Made by a program: the position numbers and the translations under genes. Under the pieces are notes generated by a model. The model did not search any database and had not been told where the DNA came from. It saw only the letters and a list, made by a program, of their open reading frames with translations. Shown here in pieces: positions 50,414-61,199 of a stretch of 64,000 bases of DNA. The DNA is taken from the NCBI GenBank assembly GCA_964016885.1, contig OZ024740.1, positions 133,424,001-133,488,000 of the forward strand. The letters are read 5' to 3'. Positions within the stretch are counted from its first letter, which is position 1. Each line of letters begins with the position of its first letter. Source of the DNA: Eledone cirrhosa (taxonomy: Eukaryota).

Positions 50414-53400
50414 ATTGAATGCCATAGTTGACGGAGGCTCGACTCTGTAAGGTATAGTAATTTTTAACCGCTATAACATTGTAAATTGTTTAAAACTTTA
50501 ACCAAATTGTAGATAAAGACACCCTCCTCCTCCTCGTGAGAGGGGTCTTTCTGCCCGTTATTTGGCTCTTTGGGGTTAAATAACCGCTTAATGGGGGTTT
50601 TGTGCCCAATATTCATTTTAAACCAAAAAATACATGGCTACAGAAAAGAATTTTCACAAGTCACTCTCACTCATTCCGTCTACTTCTTCCTCAATCGTCA
50701 CTACATCAGAGAGAAGATTGTCTCTCTCCCTCCCGTCTTTTTCGCAAGCGACGCCAGTAAAAAAAGAAAAATATAGTTTCTGATAGTTTCCAAGAGCACG
50801 TGCATACCGTGGAACATTTCTCCACGACGACGACAACGACGAAAAATGTGTGCGGTAAATACGGAAAGCTATTTCATTTGTCCGACGTCAAGAATAATAG
50901 CAGTAGCAGCCGTAATAACAGCAGCAGCAGCAACAGTGACAAGGAAAACAATAGTAGCAGCCACAACAGCATCAGCAGCAGCATAAACAAAAGCAGCAGC
51001 ATAAACAACAGCAGCAGCAGCAACAACAACGAGAACAACAGCAGCAGCAGCAACAACAACAACAACCACAGCAACAGCGGCTGCGGCAGTCGTAGTAACA
51101 GCAGCAACAACAAAAGTAATAGCAGCTCTGACGACAACAACAACAACAACAACAAAGAAAAACCAATCTCGTTTGGAGGTATCGCAAAGAACCTGGAAAC
51201 CATCCTTATAACAAATGAGGAATTACAGGAAGCAAAGAAGATGGTGACGAAAACCTGACACCGAGCAATCTGCAAGGCAGCCGAAATATTTTTCGAAACC
51301 CAACAGCACTGTACGGTCGCGTAATGTACATTAAGCTCGAAATCCCGTAGGGTTGAAAGAGCCACAGAGGCTCAAATACAAAAGGCCTTAGGGTCTGTGT
51401 GGTAGCGAAAATCACATATCATCTGAGTCAAGAAATATGCCACCGTGGACGTGCTTTTTTCCACACCCCAGGTGGCAAAGGCTCAATCCTTAGTGACCCT
51501 AAGGAGCGAGGAAATGGTGTTTGTACCCTCCTACTGCGGACAAAAAATTGTGCGGGTCAAACTGATCCAACTCACCCCCGGGAGGCGCCTTCTTGGCTGG
51601 CCGCGTCTGTCCTCGCCCGAATCGAGAACAAAACAACTGTACTGAAAGTACAGAAAAAAGTAAGAGAAGATTGGGTCGGCAACTCCATTGAGATGTTAAT
51701 CCAAACCAACCAGGAGTTCATCGAAGCTATCCCGGATGTGATAGACTTCGATAACGGCACTCAACTGCCCATAAGTGTTGAGCGCAAACGCCCGAAATGC
51801 TTTCGCTGTGGATCAAAGACTCACCTCAAGGCTTTCTGTAATGAGAAGACCCTGAGAAAGGAGAAAACCCCCTTCTTCCGAAACCAACACTACTGCTACC
51901 AGCAACAGGACAGGCGGCAACCAGGAAGGATAGGGTCGACCATCGTTACCTAGCGGCAGCCCTGAGGGCGGCTGGCTTTGGGCCCGTCTTCAGAGGGTGG
52001 ATCGCTGCCATGCACAGCGACATCTGCTCTGTGGTGAGAGTGAACGGTCACCTTTCGGAACCGTTCAACATCATGCGCTTGGTCCGCCAAGGATGTCCCC
52101 TCTCGTCCCTCTTGTACGTATTGACAATCGAGCCATTTCTGCACAAACTGGAGACGTTGAGTGGGGTCCCGTGCGAACTAGGATGCGGTGTTCCGTGTCA
52201 GCATATGCGTAGGATGTCACCGTAGTGGTGTCGAACGCCAAACACATCGAGGCGATCGGCACTACACTAAGAGAATACGAAGCGAAGACAGGAGCAATGA
52301 TCAACCAGGAAAAGTCAGTGGGCCTGCAGCGCGGCACATGGAGAGACAGGTCCATGCCGTCCAACAGCGTCGTCGGGCGCTGGACGGACCGATTAAATTC
52401 CTAGGGGTCTGGTTCGGTCCGGACCTCCAGACGGACAAAAACTGGGACGAGGTGACGAGCAGGGTGGTTTCTCTCAACCAGAAATAGGCAGAGAGGAAGC
52501 TATCCCTGAAAGGTCGAGCGGAGGTGGCTAACGCGTACATCGCGTCCGTCATCTACTACCGCCTGACCGTCGTACCTTGTCCTAAGCCCCGCCTGACTGC
52601 GCTGGAGCGTTTGCTCTTTCGCTTTTTGTGGAAAGGACACACTCCGATGGTCAGGCGGTCCATCTGCTGTCAACACCCGCTACGTGGAGGGCTGGGAATG
52701 CCATGGCTGATGATGCGCAGACACGCGCTCAAGCTACGACATCTCCACCTCTTCCTCGACGGGGATCAGGTATGGTCGCCGTTTGCTAGACAAGTCTTTC
52801 CCCAGCTCGTCTCCTTGACGGAGCTGCAGTCCTGGGTCAAGCGAAGACCGAAAGGGAGCGCTTGGAGACTGGAATGTCTTCAGGCGCTCACATCCCTCGA
52901 CCAATCGGGCAATGTGATCGGTGGAAACTCCAACTTGGCTTTCTATAGAGGATTAGTGGAGGAGAAGAGCGACGACGTACTTGGAGAAACTCGAGGTGTC
53001 GACGAAAATTACTTGTCAATCTCTTCGGAAGGACTTTCGGGCCGGAGCCTATGGACAACTTCCAGAAATCCCTGGCCCGGCAGTGCTACCAAGGAGCTTT
53101 GCCAGATCGGGATACACTATACAGGCATGGAGGTGCCGTCAACCGGGCATATCCGAGATGCGCGCAGGGCGAAGAAAGCGTCCTGCACGCACTCGTCCAG
53201 TGACCGAGCATTGTTGACTTGTGGGTTTATGTCGAACACCTGCTGTCACGTGTGGGACGGATCCAGCTATCAGCTGAGTCCATCGTCAGGATTTCCCCGC
53301 CCTCTTCCTTTAGCCGGGAAGTGTAGGCAGTTTTTATCTGTCTGGTGGCCATGGCAAAAGAGATAGTATGGTGGACACGTTTGAAAGGGCTGAAGACAAG

Positions 53401-53810
53401 CACTTGCCTCTTCGGTGATACCCTGATTAACTTTTTCAAATTTCATTTGAAAAGGAAAATCAGGGTAGAGAGGGAAGTGCTCTCTTCCCAGCATTTTGTT
53501 GAAAGATGGGTGAATGAAGCAAGTATGGCCCGAGTGAAAGGCCTACTCTGAGTATGTGTCTCTTAATAAAAGGTGGAAAACTGGGAGAGGGCACTTGCCC
53601 TGGTGGTCAGGGTCACTGTGGCCTTTTAATGGGCTTTCTCCACAAATGTTCCTCGGAAATCTCCCCCCTATTGGGGAGTTTTTCATTGTTAATTTTTATT
53701 ACATCCTCTGTTTTTTTTACACGCAGAAATGCCCATTTGTACCGTCCTGTATTGTCCTGTAATGTCCTTAATGTCTACTTTATGTAAACCCTTGTGGTTA
53801 ATAAAGAAAA

Positions 53811-53811
<1 letters not shown>
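50414..53811 (+). mobile_element. Tx1/L1-clade LINE copy 1, both ends present, 2.6-kb internal deletion
   Basis: 5' end matches 58788 onward; ORF1 with CFRCGSKTHLKAFC zinc knuckle; RT C-terminal half (RQGCPLSSLLY, KFLGVWF, GGLGMP); AATAAA at 53800 then (ATT)n. Confidence 0.9.
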
Positions 53812-53868
<57 letters not shown>

Positions 53869-53950
53869 AAAGTACCAGTAATGCCCTGGGTATTTGCTGG
53901 CCTTGTGCCTAAAGTAGAAACAATTATTTTTATTATTATTATTATTATTC
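53812..53950. repeat. (TTA)n tract containing a 60-bp SINE 3' stub
   Basis: Pure TTA at 53812-53866, then aataaagtaccag...aaagtagaaacaattat, then more TTA. Confidence 0.9.
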
Positions 53951-53953
53951 TTT

Positions 53954-54140
53954 AGGGCGGTGGATTGGCAGTATCGGTAGAGGGTCGGACGCCCATGCTT
54001 TCCAGCATAGTTACGTCCCTTTACAATGTGAGTTCAAATGCCGCCGAGGTTGACTTTGCCTTTCTTCCTTACGGGGTCGATAAAATAAAGTACCAGTAAT
54101 GCACTGGGTAATTGCTGGCCTTGGGCTTAAAGTAGAAAGA
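53954..54140 (+). mobile_element. Main-family SINE
   Basis: Full-length match to 30687-30872. Confidence 0.92.
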
Positions 54141-54149
54141 ATTATTATT

Positions 54150-57100
54150 GTTCTTCGAGTCTCAGCCATTGATGTTATTTAACTGGAAAGTTGGTTGAAA
54201 TGAATATCAAGCCGCTACCTGCAGCCTCAAATATTCAGGACGTATCGGAGAGTTATTGCTGTTCCCAGCAAGCATGCTTTTTGAAGTGTTCCAAAAAGCG
54301 GGGCTGGACTAACTTTCTTTAACTATCCTTGGAAACACTTTGAGATAGTACCTAGTGCGTCTATGACAATCCGGACAACTCTGACTTCATGGAAGTTCCA
54401 AATCCTTTTTACCTCCCACTTTAAGTTTGGTATCGGTTAATTTTCTCCCTCTCCTTTTCTTGCACTCTCGTGTCGAATGGGCAGGCTACATCCACAATCA
54501 GGCACAATCTTTTTTTCTTGTCCAAAACCACCAGGTCTGGCCTATTTGGTTCCAGTTTCTTATCCGTCTGTATCCTAAAATCCCACAGCACCTTCACCTG
54601 ATCGTCTTCTATCACCGACTCTGGCTTATGCTCATACCACTTCTCAGAATGTGGTAACTTGTTTACTTTGCATAGGTGCCAGTGGATCACCCTATCCATC
54701 ACATCATGTCGCCAGCCCTTATAGTGAGTCTGGGCTAGGCGTTTACACTCGGATACAAAGTGAGCCACAGTCTCCTCTCTCTCTCCACAGATCCTACACT
54801 GTGGGCTAGCCTCCACCTTGTGAATATGGTGTTTCACCCACTTCGTTTTGAGTGCTTACTCTTGCGCAGCCATTATCATTCCTTCTGTAGCATTTTTAAG
54901 GTCTCCTTTTTTTAACCAGTTCCATGTCTGTGGAACTCTAAATTCAGTTTTCTCAAAGAAGGTACTATGAAGGGATTTTTCATGAAGGTTGGTTGTTATT
55001 TCCTCCTTGGACATCCCCTGGTCTATTGTTCTCTCCTTCACTGCAATTCTGAGCATTGGCTCCCTACTTGTTGAGCATTGGCTCCCTACACGTATTTGTG
55101 CAGATTGGTTTACTCCATCTGAACACAGTCATCTATGCTGATAAGACCTCTTCTACCTTCAGATCTCTTTAAGTAGAGTCTATCGACATCACTCTTGTGG
55201 AACATGTTGTAGATAGTCAATAGCTTCCTAGTCTTCCTATCCATTTCTTTTTGTTTAGCAACATTCCATCTCAGAATTCCCGCACTGTACCTAATAATAG
55301 ACACACCTCGGGATTTACTGCACTTATGGCATTCCTACTGTTCAGATGTGATTTTAATACGCTCCTTACTCTCCGAATGTATTCAGATCTTATCAATTCC
55401 TTCAAATTGTTGTTCTTGATGTCATTCTGCCTCCAGAACACCTAAATATTTGTATACTTCTTCAGTGTCAATTTCCTTTATCACCTCACCTGTTGGTACA
55501 TGGATTCCGTTGCTTCTGCTCAATTTACCCCTCTTCATCACTAGGACTCCACACTTATTAATACCAAATTGCATACATATATCACTGCTGAAAATACGGA
55601 CAGTGTCAACAAGTACATCCAACTCCTTCTCACTCTTCAAAAAGAGTTTAAGATCGTACATGAAGAGGAGGTGGTGATGGTAAGCTCTCCCTTTCCCAAC
55701 TTGTATCCTGCACTTACTTTTCGCAATATAATGGTCAGGGGTATCAGGGCAAGGACAAACAACAGAGGGGACAGACTGTCTCCCTGGAAGATACCTCTCT
55801 TGATATTCACGCCTCCCAAGGATTCTCCACCCGATGTTAATTCTGTTTCCCAGGACTTCATACTTTTGCTCAACACTGTCTGATGTTATCTGCCACCTTG
55901 AAGATCTCTAGGCTTTTGGTTATCCAAGAATGAGGTACCATGTCGAATGCCTTTTTGTAGTCTATCCATCCCATGGCAAGGCCAATGTGTCTCCTCTTGC
56001 AATTCCTCATTACCATCTTATAAATAAGTAGCTGGTCTTTTGTACCACGGGACTTCTTTCGGCATCCTTTCTGTTCCTCCCTTCAACAGGTTGTTTGTGT
56101 GGAGGTGATGGTATATTTCCTCAGACACAATGCTTCTTAACGGTTTCCACATTACGGATAGACATGTGATAGGTCTATAGTTGGTAACATCATTACCCTT
56201 GAATCGGTCTTTCATTACCAGGACTGTGGTACCTTTGTCACACGAGATCAAGCAGTCATTGAACTTGGTTGTCAGTTTCGGGTGGAGGGATGTTATATTA
56301 TTAATCCAATAGCGCTGCACACCATCTGGGCCTGGTGATTTCCAGTTGGTTAGTTTTCTAGCCTTCCCTTTAAGAGTTTCAACTGTGATACTCAAATCAG
56401 TTTGTTGGTGTGCTTCTTCACTAATCTCCCTTTGAACTGTCTCAATCCACACTGCCTTATCATTATGTTCAACATCCTTCTCCCATATTCCTCTGCAGAA
56501 TGTCTTAGTCTGTTCCGCCTCAGGGATCAAGTCATTGCCTCTTTCTTTCCCTTCAAGCTGCCGAAACATCTTCTGTTTGTTGTCAAACATGCGGTTCTGT
56601 CTATACTGACTGACTCTGCTCTCATACCGCCTAATCTTTGCACATATTGCTACAATGCGTTGCTTCAGTTCCTCTATGATAATATTTAGCTTTTTCCTCC
56701 TAGTTTTGTACTTGATTTCCAGTCTATTTCTAGTGTCTATATTTTGTAGTTTCCCATTCAGTAGGGACTCAAGCTTTCCAATGTCATTTCTCATTTCCCT
56801 GATTTGACCACTCAGTCGTTTCTTCCACCAAGGTTCTGATCTTTCTTGTTTGTGGTTTCCTCTCGCTGTTATGCCAAGTAATTTCCTCACCGCATTTGCT
56901 GTTGCTTTGAGGATATTGTTGCATTGGTGAAGGTTCCTCGCCTCAAGGTATGGGATGACTTTGTTCACTTTAGCTGTTGTTTCTTTTAAATTTTTCCTGT
57001 CTACACATCTTAGGTTCATAGGTTTCCCACTATCATTGTTCATTTTATCTACCACTAAGTTTAGGATATCAACCAAATCTTGTCCTAGCCCGTCAGCATT

Positions 57101-58787
57101 CATTTCCTCAATGGCCGCATCTTTGTTCCAGATGTTATTTATTCAGATCATTGTCTGCTTCGGATACTTCCTCCGGTCTCTCAACCTCTTCACCTTCATT
57201 TCCCACTGGCTCGTTTGCCTGGCATAATCCACTCTCCATTTCCAACCTAACCTCTCTGCTCAGTTCCTCCAGTCTTATTACGTTAGGTCTTATTACCCGA
57301 CTCTGCCCGGCCAATTTTTGTTCATCTAATTTAAATAGACCAATCTCGTTCCAGATGTTATGCAGCCGTTTCCTATAGCATTTTTCCTTGGGTTACTCTT
57401 TAGGTAACATTGCATAACAGTTCTATTCAATTCTTTCGTCCAGTTGATTCTTGTCCCTTTCCTTCTTCCTCTTCCTCCAACACCAGCAGTATTTGGATAA
57501 CATCCAGGTCCCTGCTGCTAGGCCAGGGAACACCTGCTGACTCACATGACGTTCCAGACTCCACTTCACCGTTATTCGAACTGTTTAGGTTCGACATTTA
57601 AACACTCATATCGAGGATTGGTGAACGTATGGTTACATAACCACCGGTGATTTCATCACCCTAGTGATTTCATCCCCCCACCCCCCGTGATTTTAGCGTG
57701 GCACCATCATGCTGTAGAAGAACATAAATAAATAAATAAATAAATAGATCAAAACTTTTAAAAATAAACATGAGTTTCACTGTAATGTTTGAATGTCCGA
57801 CTTGGTTTTTTTTTGCTTGTTTGTTTGTTTTTTTTCCTTTGCGTTTTTCGTCTTTCAAGGTCAGTAACATCGGTTACTAGTGTTGTTGTTGCTGCTGCTG
57901 CTGCTGCTGCTAAGGGAAGTAGGGATTGTGTTCAAAACTGTTGACATTTGTGTTTGTTGTTGCATTTGTTTCTGTCTGTGTTATGTTCTATAATTTTTCG
58001 ACTTGTTGCTTATCATTTGGCAGTATCGGTAGAGAGTCGGACACCATGCCCTGAAGCACAGAGCTACGTCCTCCTACGGTCCGAGTTCAAATCCAGCCGA
58101 GGTTAACCCCGCCCCTCATCCCTACGGGGCCGACAAAACAAAGCACCAGCAACACACCGAGGCAATTGCTGGATCCGTGCCAAAAGTAGAAACGATTATT
58201 ATTATTATATTATAGTTTAGATTTGTCATCGTTTAAACTAAACATTTTGAGAGAGTTTAGAGATACAACAACAACATTATTTTGGTGTTGTTGTTGTTGT
58301 TAGCTGTTTGACCGAGTCACTAACCCAGTCTATTTATATATGTTGATACCTTATTCGCTTCTTTTCATGTGTAGCGGCACTACCACCATCCCTCTCTTAA
58401 GTGGTGAGGGAATAGTGGTGGTAGCGATGATGCAGTGTCGGCGGTGAGGATGGGATAGCAGTACTATAGGAATGGTGCTGGTTTGTATTTGGCTAGATTT
58501 TGTGTGGTAGTGGTGATGGTGATGGTGGCTCCGGCGGTGGTGGGCTGGTGGTGAAGTTAGTTGGCTGTTGTTTTCTAGCCATTTTCTTTTCTGACTATAA
58601 CATTTCTGGTACAAAATTAAATATTAAATATTGGAGCCCTATGCCTATTGTGATGCGTTGCCACTTCCTGGGAGTTAAGACTGATATTTCATGCTCCAAT
58701 TGTAATAAGAATTATTGTATCACAATTGTTTAAATAAGTAAAAAATCAAAAACTTACGGGAGCGATTCCATAACACTCTATCCACCT
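54150..58787 (-). mobile_element. R4/Dong-like family B, full-length but disrupted copy 3 (ORF remnant 54227-57564)
   Basis: ORF fragments colinear with 2595-5987; start ATG changed to GTG; leader ends homologous to 1162-1400 and 2250-2470. Confidence 0.9.
58018..58195 (+). mobile_element. Main-family SINE with clustered T>C changes, inside the R4 leader
   Basis: Aligns end to end with the other copies, but many central T residues are C. Confidence 0.9.
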
Positions 58788-59006
58788 ATTGAATACCATG
58801 GTGGGGGAGGCTCGGCTCTGTAAGGTATAGTAATTTTTAACCATTATCACAATTGTAAATTGTTTAAAACTTGAACAACATTGTAGATAAAGACACCCAC
58901 CTCCTCGTGAGAGGGGTCTTTCTGCTCGTTATTTGGCCCTTCGGGGTTAAATAACCGCTTATTGGGGTTTTGTGCCCAATATTAATTTTAAACCGTAAAA
59001 AAAAAC

Positions 59007-61160
59007 ATGGCTACAAAAAAGAATTTTCACAAGTCACTCCCACTCCTTCCGTCTTCTTCTTCCTCAATCGTCATTACGTCAGAGAAAAGATTGTCTCTCT
59101 CCCTCCCTTCTCTAAATGTGGTGTCGCCTCTTTCGCAAGCACCGCCATTAAAGAAAAAGAAAAATGTAGTTTCTCGTACTTTTCTTCATCAAGAGAACGC
59201 GCGTACCGTGGAACATTTCTCCACGACGACGACAACGACGAAAGATGTGTGCGGTAAAAACGAAAAGCCATTTCATTCGTCTGACGTCATGAAGAATAGC
59301 AGCAGCAGCCGTAATAACAGCAGCAGCAGCAACAGTGGCGAGGAAAATATTAGTAGCAGCCGCAATAACATCAGCAGCAGCATAAACAACAACAGTAGCA
59401 GCAGCAACAGCAACAACAACAGCAGCAGCAGCAACAACAACAACAACAACCACAGCAACACCGGCGGCGGCGGTCGTAGTACCTGCAGCAACAACAAAAG
59501 TAACAGCAGCTCTGACGACAACAACGACAACAACAACAAGAAAGAAAAACCAATCTCGTTTGCAGGTATCACAAAGAACCTGGAAACCATCCTTATAACA
59601 AATGAGGAATTAACGGAAGCAAAGAAGATGGTGACGAAAACCGGACACCGAGCAATCCCCAAGGCAGCCGAAAAGTTTTTCGAAACCCAACAACGCTGTA
59701 CGGTCACGTACCGTACAGTAAGCACAAAATACCGTAGGGTTGAAAGAGCCACAGAGGCTCAAATATAAAAAGCCTTAGGGTCTGTGTGGCAGCGGAAAAC
59801 GCATATCACCCGAGGCAAGAAATATGCCACCGTGGACGTGCTTTTTGCCGCACCCCAGGAGGCAAAGACTCAATCCTTAGTGACCCTAAGGAGAGAGGAA
59901 ATGGTGTTGGTGCCCCCTACTGCGGGAAAAAAATTGTGAGGTTTAAACTGACCCAAGTGCCCCCCGGGATGGCCCCTTCTTGTCTGGCCGCATCTGTCCT
60001 CGTCGGAATCGAGGACAAAACAACCGTACTGCAAGTACAGAAAAATGTACGAGAAGATTGGGTCGGCGCTTCCATTGACCTGTCAATTCAAACCAACCAG
60101 GAGTGAATCAAAGCTATCCCGGATGTGATAGACTTCGATAACGGCACTCAACTTCCCATAAGTGTTGAGGGCAACGCCCGAAATGCTTTCGCTGTGAGTC
60201 GAAGACTCACCTCAGGGCCTTCTGTAATGAGAAGACCCTGAGAAAGGAGAACACCCCCCCCCCCTTCCGAAACCGGCTCCAGGACAGGCGGCAAGCAGGA
60301 CAGACAGCAAGCAGGAAGGATAGGTCCGTGGCAACCATACCCACGCCACGAAAATCAAGAACAGCAGCTGCAGTGGAAGTATTAACAACAACAACAGTAA
60401 TACCAACTGCAGCTGCAACAGAGACTCCACTGCAACCGTCACCAACAAGAACAAGTGAAAGAGTGGAGCTGGTACCCCTCCCCGACCTCACAGAATCGGA
60501 CATGGAGTGTGAGATGGGAGAGGGATGGCAAAAGGTCGCAAGAAGGCACAAACGCAGAAGCAGCTCATCGTCGCCTTCGAAAAGGGAGGAAATAAATGAA
60601 AAAAGGGTAAAGGCTACTAAAAGAGACTTACAGCAGCAACACCACCAATACCATCACCATCCACACTAGCACCACCATCACCACCGGCGGCAACCACATC
60701 GCAAACAACAACACCTTCAACACCACCACCACAAGCACCAACATCGCAAACACAACAACAAAACACACACACCCAGCAACAACGACAAGAAAATAGCAGA
60801 ACCACGCGCCACCCCCAGAAAAACAAATGCACAGCAATAAATACACACAAGAAACTAATGACTTACATAATTGAACACACAGATATTTCACAGCACGACT
60901 ACATAATGCCAGCACCAATCAAAACACCAACGGACATAAGACTGGTAAGAATAGCACAGAAACAATACACAAACATTAAAACGAAATTCCCCAACGCAGT
61001 TGGTGATTTCAGAGACCAAGGAGGGACACTGAACCGGAGAGTATATTCGGACATATCACAGAAGAGCCGACGACCAGCCGAAGTGACGATTCAATGGTCC
61101 CTTCACCAGACGAACAAGTGAAAAGGGATGGAGAAACCATCCTTCCTCTACGAGAAGTAA
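59007..61160 (+). pseudogene. Tx1 ORF1 (N/S-rich N-terminus, CCHC knuckle, T/Q/P-rich tail), disrupted
   Basis: MATKKNF start, (AAC/AGC)n tract, aaatgctttcgctgt...cac...tgt knuckle at about 60181-60226; stops and frameshifts. Confidence 0.75.
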
Positions 61161-61199
61161 GGTAAGTGGTCTCTCCTATCTTTTCCTCTCCATTTCAAT

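Noticed and set aside
50874-51365. Poly-Leu and poly-Cys membrane- or metallothionein-like ORFs on - (also 59273-59752)
   Set aside because: Antisense reading of the AAC/AGC tract in Tx1 ORF1.
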